The notes: generated by a model from the letters alone, not told the origin. Positions 22,607-34,900 are shown, counted from the stretch's first letter. The stretch: DNA of 64,000 bases from Cenococcum geophilum (GCA_050273025.1 CP158635.1:3224001-3288000); one strand, 5' to 3'. Program-made: numbers and translations.

Positions 22607-25600
22607 TAATCTTTAAAAGTATAGACCTTATATAGAGCTAATAATCCTAAATATTATATTAAACTATATCTAACCCCTATAGGTTGCATACTTTATATAT
22701 ACGTTTTACTAGAGCTTACTATCTACCTATATACTAAGTACTCTTACCCCTAAGTTAGTTATTTTCTAAAGCCTTATATATTAAAGGTTTATAGATTAGT
22801 TACTTTTCCTTATAAATATATTAGCTAATATTTATTTAGTATAAATTAGGCTCTATATTGTTTTACCTACTCTATATTAGTATTATAGCTTTTTATAGTA
22901 TCCTATAGTATTCTATAGCTATATATAATTAGGTTTATATTATTAACGAAATATATCCCCTAGGTTATCCCTTTTTAAAGAATTTAAGTAGGTTACTTAT
23001 AAAGAAAAGAAAAGTATAGGCGAGAGGGGTAATCTCTATAGTATTCCTATTATACTTTAATAAGGGGGCTCTAGTATTTACTAAAGACTAGTAAGGTTTT
23101 TCTTTAGCCTTAGAATCTCTATATAAATTATATAGTCTACTTTAAAAGGCCTTTTATTCTAAAGGTATAGAGAAGGTACTTATAGGACATATTATTAAAG
23201 ACGTCGCTAATATTTAGGCTAAGCATTAATACTATATAGTCTTTTTATTAAGTCTATAGTAAGTAGGGTAAGTACTAATAGCGTTAAGTATTTCCCTCTT
23301 ACCCCTATTTTGTTTTATAAAGTAGGGCATATTCTTTAAATATATCTATTATATAGTCCGCTATTACCTTTTCTAAAATCTTACTAAGAGTATTTTCTAG
23401 TATAATAGGCTAGTAGCTTCTTAGGGTTAAGTAGTTTACCTTACTTTCTTTATATAGTATAACTATTATTATAGTTCTTCTAAGTTATAGATAGTGTCCT
23501 ATTATAAAGTACACTTTAGCTATATTCGCTAGCTAGAAGGCTATTAATTCTTTATAGGCCTTTAGGGCCTTATTTATAATCTTATCTAATTTTAATACTT
23601 TAATATTAGGGAGGCGTCTAATAGTTTTAGCTATTTCTTTTATTATTATATTGCTTTTAACCTAAAGGTAGGTTATCAGCACATCTTTTATAATATTACT
23701 AAGGCCTACTAAAGCTAGCTAGGGAAAGAATCTCTCTATAAGGATTTTCACTTTCTTATTATTAGTATTTATAGTCTATATCTCGCCCGTTCTTTATAGG
23801 GGTAATAATTATAAAAGTATTCTACGTTTTTCCCTATTTATTTTACTATTACCTAGAGGCTCTTATTATAGGGGAAGTTTAGGTTAATAGTATATTTCTT
23901 AGTAAATTATTTTTAGTTATTTCTTATTTTATACTTTAGGATATTCTTTAGCTAGTTCCTTATATTTTTATATTATCTCTTATCTTTAGGTTTTTAACTT
24001 CTTATATATTTTCTTTTTACTCTTTACTAGTTAACTATAAGGACTATATACTATATAGACTATATATAGTGCGTATAGGGGCCTAGCTTTAATTCTAAGT
24101 AGTGTTTTTTAAGCCTATTTTAAATTACTAGCTAGATCTTTTTTAGCCTCTAGTTAATTTTCTATAGGGTAGTTAGTATAACTTACTAGGTTAGATTTCT
24201 TAAACGGTTTAAAATTATTACTTAATGGTATTAATAAAGCTATATATATTAAGCCTTTTAATTATATATCTTTTACTACTTAGTTATATCTTAGTATTTA
24301 GGTCTAGGCGTATATAGATAAATATATTTCTTAAACCCTTAATATAAGCCTTTATCTCTAAATATAAAGTCAATTATACTCTTAATTATACCTCTTTACT
24401 AAGTAGTTACCCCTAAGGGGGTAGCTAGCTTAAGGCCTTAACTATATATAGCTTCTAATAAGCTCTCTACCTATAGTTTAGTAGTAATATAGATATATCC
24501 CTACCGCGGGTAATAGAGGTTTATATAACCTAGTAGGATAAACTTTATATCTTTAGTTATAAATAAGGCTTATTATAGTTATAATATTTTCTATTTATAG
24601 TGCTTTTATAGTCCTTATATTATATATATTAATAATCTATACTAGTCCCCTATATATTTAGATTATTATAGCCGCAATATCTAGGTTAACTATATAACTA
24701 GGCTAATAGCTTTATAAACTATAAAGTATATATATAGCTGCTTTTAGTTTATATAGGAGGTAAAAACCTTAGGGATAGTATATTAATAGTATATAGGTAC
24801 TATAGAATAGTTCTTATACTATAAGGATATAGTGTTTTTCTAGGTCTAGGCTATTAAGTAGGGGTCTTATAAACTAGTAGTTTATATTACCATAGTTATA
24901 TTATATAATTATTAAGTTATAAATCCCCTATAAGGACCCTTTATTTCCCCTTTAGACTTTTTATAAAAACCTTTTACCTTTTTTTCTCCCCTTATTTATT
25001 TTTATTTAGGTTATTAGTTCTCTTATCTTTTATATCTATTCCCTAGCTACTACTTATTATATATATAGAGCTTTCTATTTCTATATCTTATATTTCTTCC
25101 CTATTTTCTATATTAATATCTATTACTACTTTAGTCCCATCCTCTACTATTACTAGTTAGCCGTATACCCTTTATACGCTAGCTACGTATATTTTACCTA
25201 GCCTAGCCTTATACTTATAGCTATCCTTATAGGCCTTTCTATAGGGTATATTCTTCCTTATATCCCTACTTAGTCTAGAGATATTATATAGCGCTGCTTC
25301 TAGCCTATTATAGCTTTAGTTAACTAGTTTAACCCTTTAATATTAAAGATAGGGGTCGCTAAAAGGACCTTAATATCTCCCTAACCTATTACCTATTTCT
25401 TTTATTTATATAATATAGCGTATAGCCATTTTTGTAGCTATTATACTTTTATCTATATCTTTTATATTTAATATATTTATTTATTTACTATATCTTATAT
25501 AGTCTTATTTTATATACTCCCTTATATTATAGGGGCTTACTAGTATTTATAGTACGCTTACGCTCTATATATAGATTAGGTATATCTCTATTATAAGTAG

Positions 25601-25811
25601 TAAAAGTATCTTTTTAGGCGTAGGCTATAGTTATAGAGCCTTATACTATATATAAGGCTATTTAAAATAATTACTTTTTAGATAAGGAGTTCCTATATTT
25701 TTAATATAAGTACGCTAATAATAAGGGAGCTATATATCCGTCTAGCGTAGACCTTCTACGCCTCTCGCTATTCTAGTTATTTTCTTAGTTTATTTTTTAT
25801 TATTAAAGCTA

Positions 25812-26235
25812 ACGTAATCCACAAGCAAGCTGGCACCACAAGCATCCTGGTACCCTTAAAACCCACCAAATTCACACTTTAATATCTCAACAACCACTTA
25901 ATAATAATTTTTAATAATTTAGATTTAGACTTTCATATACACTCTATAGCTTCTATTAAAGTTGCATAGTAATTAGTTTAGTGGTTCTTAAGATATAGTC
26001 GTATTATGGTAATTTGGCTTATTTTGGCCCCCAAATTATAATATCTTAAAAACTACTAAATCAAGTGCTATGCAACTTTAATAGAAGCTGCAAAATGTAT
26101 ATAAAAATCCAAATATAAATTATTAGAATTTATTATTAAGTAGTTGTTAAGATATTAAAGTATGGATTTTTAAACTTTTGGTGAGTTTTAAGGGTGCCAG
26201 GATGCTTGTGGTGCCAGCTTGCTTGTGGATTACGT
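25812..26235. mobile_element. MITE (424 bp), Fot1/pogo-type, almost entirely palindromic, TA-flanked
   Basis: TA-acgtaatccacaagcaagctggcaccacaagcatcctgg...ccaggatgcttgtggtgccagcttgcttgtggattacgt-TA. The inverted match extends ~200 bp inward. Confidence 0.9.
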
Positions 26236-26239
26236 TATA

Positions 26240-26540
26240 GTAAAGAATATATATTAAAGAGTAAAAAATAAATATTAACTATAAATGGGATAGGGTTAAG
26301 CGATAGGGTTTCTTATACTATTTTTACCATTTTTTAATTACTTAGTTATTATTAGTAACTTAGTACTTTACTAGGGAGCTATAAATACCTAATCTAAGAG
26401 TTTATAAACTATTAGAATATAACTGCTAGTATATATTAAGCTACCTATAAAGGATTTAGATATATAGAACTATAGCGCTATTAGTTAGAGGCTATATATA
26501 TAATATAATATAATAGGTATATATATTTTAAAAAAAAATA
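26240..26540 (+). mobile_element. 3' end fragment with A-rich tail of the RNase H-bearing LINE family (family of LINE D)
   Basis: Colinear with 36770-37050 (..tttataaactattag..gtatatattaag..ctatagcgctat..tagaggctatatata..poly A). Confidence 0.65.
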
Positions 26541-26561
26541 CACGTTATTACTTATATATTA

Positions 26562-27580
26562 GTAGTAGTTCTTTAATTAACGTCTGATACGGATCCTATC
26601 TAGGCCTACGCAGACTACTCCGTTATAGGGGGAAAACTTGTGTATTTATAGGAAGAAAACCCTGCAGTTAGGTTGGGGGAGGAAAAACCCTATAAGCTAC
26701 CTCAGTAGGATGAAAAACCCCGATTTGCTATATCCGTCCGTAGCGGCGGCCCTGCGGGCCTACGGCTACGTTCTGTCTCCTTGGATGTTTTGAACTCCTT
26801 GGGTACTACTGCTTCCCTCTCCAGCTTATCCTAAGCTGGGGTTCACTACGTCCCAGCTAGGCCTTGCCGATCAATTGCCGTGTATTGTTGTTGTCGTTTC
26901 CCATATTATTGACCGTCCCCTGTGTGCTATCTCTTACTAACCATTGCTATATACGCTATGCCTCCCCCCCCCTAGGGCCTATTGAAGGCGTAAGGGGGAT
27001 TTATCCATAAACTACCACTACACTATACTATAAGGCGAGCGGGACGTGTATGCCTGGGTATCTTTTATGCCTAGGCCCCAGTCACTAGGCCCTCGCCAAG
27101 GGTCACCACTCCTTAAGAGGAGACAGGAAAACCGTACGGTGTCGTCTAGGCTGCTAGGTTTTTCTTAGTATTTAATAGTTAATGGCGAGTGACCGTATGC
27201 TCCGCGGGCGATCGCCCTAAGGGTTAGGAGGGGCCGTATATTTGCTCGTTCGTTCGTTTGTTTATCCGCGTTCGTTTATTAATGTGAGGTCGTTAATACT
27301 TTCAATTGGGGGTTGGGGGACGTTAAATTCTATATGTATCCGCGAGGATTATATAGGGTTGGAATAGGAGAACAGTGTAGCTAAATTGTAGAGGGCCAAC
27401 AGTAGTGGTTTTCGAGATCTCACTATCTGAAAATTTTTCACCACCGCCTAGAACGCTCACAACCACCACCAGGTCCTATCCGCAGCTGTGTGACGTCTCT
27501 GCGTTGGCTCTACTGAGTCCGAAGACTAGTAGGTTCGTAGGCCTCACCACGTATAGGTGCAGAGTCTGATTTCGAGGACC
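26562..27580 (-). mobile_element. Non-autonomous SINE-like retroposon with a 5' HDV-like ribozyme and a LINE-derived 3' tail
   Basis: 13-bp TSD tacttatatatta at 26549-26561 and 27581-27593; no ORF. The 3' end (ggagtagtctgcgtaggcctagataggatccgtatcagacgttaa + (CTA)n) matches the LINE B 3' end (ggagtagtccgcgtaggcccaatagggatctaaatcggacgttaa + (TTA)n). Confidence 0.85.
27497..27580 (-). ncRNA. HDV-like self-cleaving ribozyme (predicted double pseudoknot)
   Basis: P1 GGUCCUC/GAGGCCU (G1-U wobble, one mismatch); P2 CUCUGC/GCAGAG; P3 ACC/GGU; L3 UAUACGU; P4 CUACU-AGUC(UUCG)GACU-C-AGUAG; J4/2 AGCCAAC with a candidate catalytic C at 27507. G1 coincides with the element's 5' end next to the TSD. Confidence 0.8.
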
Positions 27581-27593
27581 TACTTATATATTA

Positions 27594-28192
27594 CTATATA
27601 CCTCTCTCCTATCTATAAGGCTTATTAAAGGTATAATAGTGTTTACTTCTAACTAGCTTTGTAATACTAAGAGGTAGGTAGGATATATATATACTAGGGA
27701 TCTTTTATACCTAAGCCCTAGTTACTAAGCTCTTTTTAGGGTAACTAGTTATAGAAAGAAGATAGGTAAACTATAGGGTTATAATTTAAGCTAATAGGTA
27801 GAATATAGTATAGACGGTAATTAACTATAAGCTCTATAGGCGATTGCCTTAAGGATTAGAAAGGGGTATATAGTTAATTTATTTAATAGTTCGTCTATTA
27901 ATATAAGGGGTTATTAATACTTTTTATTAGAGATTAGAATCTATATTATATCTATAAGGATTATATAGGTACCTAAAATAGAAGTATATAGTAGCTATTA
28001 TTTTATAAAGGGGTATTAGTAGGAGTCGTTTTTAAGATCTTACTATCCTATATAAAAACTTTTTACTACTACCTATAATGCTTTAATAACTACTAGGTTA
28101 TACTTATACGCTATATAATATCTCTATATTAACTCTACTAAGCCTAAACTTTAAAGACTATAGGTTTATAGCTATTACTATATATAGATATA
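27594..28192 (-). mobile_element. Older, more heavily RIP-mutated partial copy of the same ribozyme-headed retroposon
   Basis: Colinear with 26950-27560, e.g. gcgattgccttaaggattag vs gcgatcgccctaagggttag, tttaagatcttactatc vs ttcgagatctcactatc, tctctatattaactctacta vs tctctgcgttggctctactg. Confidence 0.75.
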
Positions 28193-28969
28193 GTAAAGAT
28201 ATAAAGATATTAAAAATAAAGGATAAAAGTATAATTATTAGTAACCTAGTTAATTAAGGTATAAGTATAGCAAGGAGGATATATATAAGCCTATATAATT
28301 AGATTATCTATTAGTAAGGATTTAAAGTTAGAAAAAGGAAAGAAGAATAGTAATACTATTTAAAGTAGGGGTTTTATATTGTCTTTAGTTATATAAAAAT
28401 TATATAACCTCTATATCTACTATAACTATAACTAACTACTATTTCCTACTAGTACCTTAATATTACACTCCCTTAAAAAAAGCCTACCCTTAAGCTTTAT
28501 ATATCTGTATTATACCTATTAAGCGTTCTTATCTTTATATTCTATAGGTAATCTATTATTCTTACTATCCTAGTATTTTATCTACTTATCTAGGTACTTT
28601 AACTATCTAAGTTTATTAGGGTAATAGTTATATAACTTTTAGAGCTTATAGGGACTATCTCTAAAGTTCTATATAAAGCACTAAGTAGGGTTTAAGTTAT
28701 ATCCTTTCTAATCTACCGTAATATAATACTAGTTAAACTAATACTAGAGAAGTATATAGGAGTTAAAGGTATAGAGGCTAACTTAGAGAAGAGGAACCTA
28801 AGCTATAGTATAGTTAATACTTAAGGGCTCTAAAAAGGCCGAATAAAGGTAGAAAATATAATAGTAATACTCTTAAGAACAGGAATAATAGGACTAAAAG
28901 ATTGGCTTTACTAGGTAAGTATTTTAGTAGGTAGCTTAAGATATAAATATAGCTAGCGAAGACACTAAA

Positions 28970-31900
28970 TCTAATTATAAAAAGCTAGAGAGAATAGCAT
29001 TTAAAGCTAATATCTAGAGCTAAGGAAGCCGCTATTAGCTTTAATATTAGTAAAATAGAGCTTATATACTTTTATAGTAAATATACTACTATAGAAAAAG
29101 GGCTAAAACTAGGAGATATAGAGATATCCCCTAAACCCCTAGTTAGGTATCTAGGGGTATTTCTAAACTCTAAGCTTATATTTAAATAATATACAGAAGT
29201 AAGAATCTCTAAAGGAAAAGTAGCCTTCTGTTTAATTAGAATACTAGGTAATACCTAAAGAAGTTTATCTCTATAGAATAAGGCCCTAAAAATAGTCTTA
29301 AGAGTATCTAGAGGATCTTCTAGTTAAGCTATAGAGATTAAAGCCTTTATTCCTCCTCCTAGAATTAGATTTAAAAGGCTTTACAATAACTACGTATTAA
29401 GAATCCTAAAATTTAAGGAAAACTATATAATTAAGGTTTATATAGAAGAGATTAATAAAAATAGAAATAAGCTAGTAGCTAGTTATGGCTCTAATTTTAG
29501 CCCTAGAAACTCTACTATAAAGTATCTCTTATAGCTAAAAATATAGCTAATTTAAAATTAGAAAATGAAGAGAATTTCTTTAAAATAGCAAAAACCGTTA
29601 TCTCGCCCTATTTCTCTATTCTTTTCTATCTTAGAGGGTAGTAAAGGAAAAGCTATATAAGAATATCTAAGACTAGTAAAAAATCTATAAAAACCTTTAG
29701 AGAGGGACCTAATAGATATATACTATACAAATAGTTCTAAAATAGTAAAATAAGTATAGTAGCTATATATAAGATAGGAAAGAGGAATATAATTAAATAT
29801 ATAATAAACTAAAATTTCGGACCCTATATAAAAATTATAAATATAGAGCTTTATATAATCTATAGGGCCCTAAAATACCTAAAATAATAAAGACTAAAAG
29901 AGAAATAAGTTTATATCTTTATAGATGGCTAGGTAGCTATTAAAAAATTATAAATTAATTCTCTTATAGGAGAATAAAAACTAGTCTTTAAAATTACGTA
30001 AAGCTACTTCTATTTAGCTAGTAAAAATATCTCTATTAACTTCTATTAGGTTCCTAGCTATTTAAAAATCTATAAAAATAAAATAGTAGATAAGCTAGCT
30101 AAAAAGGGCCTCTCTAAAAGAAAAATATATTCTTTTTATACCTTCTTAGCCTATATAAGGGGAGTAGTAAGAGAAAAAAAATACTAAAATAGTAGAAAAA
30201 TAACTAGTAGCAGAATAAAAATAAAGAAAAATACTATACTAGGACCTATAAAGGAAGCTATTCCTTTTCTTTTAAAGCTCCTAAAAATAGATATCCTAAA
30301 AAGCTATAGTTAGTATTCTTTTAGCTAAAACCAGAAAAAGGCTACTTTAAATCCTTCTTTAAAATAATAGGGAAAGATAAAAAAGGTAGATATTTTAGGG
30401 AATATAATACTATATAAATCCCTAAGCACCTACTACTAGACTATAGTATATATAGAAAGTGGGGGAAGAAAATATAGAAGTAACTAGGCTCTTCTCTTTC
30501 TTTAGGGAAGTTATTTTATATAAGGAAAGGAAAAGAAGTGCTCTTTTTATTCTTAGATAGGATAGGTGTCGGGAATAAGGCAAGCGGTCGTTACGTATTG
30601 TCACGTGTCACCGCGGCACTAGCGTAGTGAGGAACCTTAGGTTCCTCACCCACCCCCTAATTCTAAATAATAAGCTTTATAACTAACATTTACTATATCT
30701 ACTTAAGTAGCATTAGTGAGTTACCCTATAATACCAATACTAATTAGTGGTTGAATACACAGTCAACTATAGAGCAGCTAGGTTATTAATAGAAGAGATA
30801 GTCTTGTATAGGGGTGTTATATGCGCTTATATGGAATGGATCCCGGCAATACTATACTACCTTAAACTTATGGAAAACTAGTAATAGAAGTATTACTAAG
30901 TACTAGAAGATACTAAGTTGCGTCCATTATATAGAACAATCACGTTTACGAAGATTTAGTTAAGTACTTTAGGTTAGAAGTATTACTAAACCTAAGGTCC
31001 TAAGTTAACGTCCAAAACGCGTCGAATAATATCTTAAATTGCCTACCTTTAGACAGCAAACCTACGAGATCCTATAAAACCGAAAATCCTACCTACCTTT
31101 GACGTATAATACCTTGTTAATTCTACCTACTATAGCGTTAACCTATCTAAAGAAGTATAAGAAAGATATTAACCTGGAGATATAGGACAGAGCTATAACT
31201 AACTTTGTAACCGCTAAGCAATAGGACCTAAATGGATTCTTAGTATACCGTATAGAACACTATAAAGACAGCAAATACGATAATACCGCGCTATAGTATT
31301 ATATAAAGGAGGACTTTATTAGATAAATAAAGGAAACATAGGTTCCTATAAATAAAGATATTATATAGGACTTCCGTAACTTCCTTTAGGAATATAGAGT
31401 ATTTGTTCCTATAGATAGGGGTAGTATTAGGGACAATATTTAGGAATATATTATTAATGCAAAGGAAGAGCATAAATGGACTCTATAAGAGATTAAGTAC
31501 TAACTACACACTATAAAGAAGCTTAAATTACGATAGAACCTAAGTAATATACTACTAGAGACGCGTTTTAACTCTATCGCTCTAGGTATAAGTTCTAATA
31601 TTCTATATCCATCGCCTCTACCTCTGTCTTTAACTTCCCTATATTAACTAGCTTAACCCACAGCCTTAATTAATAACCCTTAATAAGTGTAAGATCCCCT
31701 TGCTTCGCGGTTTAATAACCTTTAAACTCCGCTAACTAGATCTATATTACTATTGCAGCCTATAATACAATACAGCTAAATACTAATTGGAGGTACCTTA
31801 AAAATGCTTATAGAGCTTATAAAGCTCTATTTAGAATAGGAGAAGAAGTTTAGCGGAGAACTATATAATATCCTTAATTTAAAGTTATGTATCTTCTACG

Positions 31901-34900
31901 ACTATTGCTAGAAGGTTAGACTAGAACCCAATTAATACCACATTACTTATTTAGTTATACTTAAGGGCTAAGCTAGTACCTTCTATTATAATTATTTGGT
32001 AGGAAAAGGATATAATTTTAACTAAATAATATATAAAATAAGATGCTACTTTAAAATAGAGGAGAATAAACAGTAGTATATATTGAAGTGGAGAGAGACT
32101 ACCTTTTTAAGAATTATTGCTACAAACCTAGGTGCCTTTTGACTCGATTATCTTCAAAAACTCTTTAATTAACTCTAAATAATTTAGCGTAGTTTATCTA
32201 AATTATATTAAAAGGACTTTAGCCTATATAATTAAGTTATTAGCGTATACTAAAGTATTAAAGAATATAACCTTACTCTCTTTAACCTTATAAGTACTTA
32301 TAAAGGAGTATATACTTAATTAAAATCCTTTATTAGTACCGCCCTACGCTCTTAAAAAGTATAATAATTTAATACCTAACTCTAACCTACTTTAATCGAC
32401 CTAGCCGACTAATATAATTATAACTAGACTAATTAAATATATAGTGGTCGTGGCAGGGGATATAATAGAGGGTATAATTAACGTTAACTATAAAGCAATT
32501 ATGGAGGTCCTTGTGGAGGTTTATTTCGCAATAATTAGTAAAAGAAATGCTATATTTATAAGAAGCCAAATTACTAATTAACTAGACACCCCCTTAATAG
32601 ATAAAAGGAGGTATATAATAAGTTTCGCCAGAATATACAAAACGTCAGAAATTAAGAAGTTACTATAGCCTACTTCCAAAGCTTCCTAGTTTAATATAAA
32701 GGCGAAGAAGATCTTAAGGGTGAGATTAACAAGGCTAAATAGCTCCTTATAGATATGGAAATTAAGGACTACTCTCCTAATTAATACTTTACCGAGTATA
32801 GTGAGGTAAATAGCATATAAACCGTTGCTATCCTTAATAACTAATCTACGCTCTATTCTATTATAAGGTTAGATATCTTTAACAAGCTAAAGGAAAGTTC
32901 CGCATTCTCCTTTAATGATAGATACTTAGCAAACGTCTTTTATGGTATTATACTAGATACTAAAGCCGCAGGAGTATCTATAGTAGGAGAACCTTAAGTC
33001 TAAGCTCTTTAGCAGCTTAATAGTTCTATTTAGATTAACTAATTAACGGCAGGCTAATATATAATTTACTTTAGTAAGGGTACTATAATCTTTTTCGGCA
33101 TAATTAAGGTCCAAACCCCGTTAGGATATATTACTTTCCATATTATTCCCACGAATACCCTATTCCTATTTTGCATCTAAGATATAAATAAATTAGGCGT
33201 TAAGCTTAATAACCTTAAGAATATACTTATTTAGGGAGATAATCGGGTGCCCGTTATACGCAAGTGGGGTTACCTTTAGTTGCTCCTTTAATAGCTAAAA
33301 AGGAGCGTTGCTTAAAGTTACTTAACTAAGTTAGAGCTACGTCAACTATATCATTATTTTAGCCACCTATTCGTTTACCAACTATTTAGGGTTCTTTAAT
33401 AAGCAGGTCATAAAGTTAAGGTTAAGGCGATTAAATATCTTATAAAGTACTACTATTACTGCCAAATAAACCAGAAGTCCCCCAGCCGATTTAAGTTTAC
33501 CCTTAAAGACAACTATAACTTTAACTTCTATATTATTATAGATGTTATATATCTTAGCGGTAAGCTAGTACTTTAAGTTATTAACTTCTTAACCTCCTTC
33601 TAAGCCGCACGCTTTTTAAAAGATATATTAGCTAGGAACGTATAGGATACTCTTTAATTATATTAGATTAATATCTACCTAGGACCCCCTAATTAAATTA
33701 TTTATAATATAGGAAAGAACTTCTTATTTATAGAGTTTTAATAATAGGTAAAGGTAATAACAATTAAGGTTAAGGAAGTCCCTATTAAGGTATATAATAG
33801 TGTCGGAAAGGTAAAACGATACTATATACCATTACGCCGCGTATATAAGATTATTTCTTTAGAACTAAAGGGTACTAGCGAAGAGCTTATTCTATAGATG
33901 GCTGTTAAGGCTATTAATAATACCGCTAGCCCAGATAGGCTCGTACCTATGTTACTAGTCTTTAACGCCTACCCTTAAATAACTAATAATTCTCTACTAT
34001 CTCCCTCTATTATATAATAAGCTAAGGTAATTTATAAGGCAATAAAGGAGGTACAACGTCTCTATACTACGCGCTAGGTTAATAACGCACTAGGAATAAG
34101 AAATGGCCTAAATACCTTAATTATACTTAATCTGCCACTCTAATCTAAGGTACGTGTATAGCGTAAAAAGGGAAAATAGTTAGGCCTATATAAACTTATT
34201 ATAATTAATAGTTAGACTTATACTCTTTAGATACCTTATAAACCTACTTAATTCCGTTTAACTATTATTAAGCCTTATTATAAAGATAATAGTTCTAAGC
34301 CTTTATAGGATACCCTAGAAGATACCCTAGAAGATGCCCTAGAGGAGAACTACGATTAATATGCCCTAGAAGGCGACTACAACCCTAATATAACTATAGT
34401 AGATACGCCATAACTACGACGCGGTAAAGGTTGCCCGAAAGAATTACAAAACCGCTAACACCTTATTAATTTTAAAGAGCAACTTATTACCGCTATTAAG
34501 AATAGAGTTAAGCTATTAATAGCCTTTATAATAGCTAAAGAGAAGGCTAACTTTAAGCTTATAAAACAGCTCTAAAAGGAAGGCCGTATTATAACTCTAA
34601 GAGCTCCTTTCTAAGTATTTAATAAGTAGGAGATTAACGGTTTTATTATAAGAGGAGTCTTTAAGTTTAAAAAGTATAACCCTACTAAGTTTAATAGGGT
34701 TTATATATTTAGGTTAAGAATAGTTAATAAGATTAAAGGCAAAGCTACTAATACCCTATTTAAGAAGTTAAGGCTAGTTATTTAAGGTTATAACAATAAC
34801 GGTAAGGAAGTAATTCTTATACAATTCCTTATAATTTAATAAGCTAGTTAGCAAGTTATTATTACGCTAGCTCCCTCCTTAATAAAGAATAAAATAGCGG

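Larger units (their letters stand above)
14140..25809 (-). mobile_element. Tad1-like LINE copy A (RIP-degraded, both ends truncated), interrupted by LINE B (15051-21533) and a Tc1/mariner element (21730-22606)
   Basis: The reverse complement is colinear with LINE B. It includes RT motifs near 23020-23210 (SPLSPILF), RVLG.WVDSKL near 22720, ORF1 sequence near 25700, and EKE..IPPLQLY joined across the LINE B insertion site. Confidence 0.8.

Noticed and set aside
27300..27580. Possible snRNA, snoRNA, RNase P, SRP or tRNA origin for the structured head of the retroposon
   Set aside because: I could not find the diagnostic motifs or a cloverleaf by eye, whereas the HDV topology fits in full. An Rfam search is still needed.
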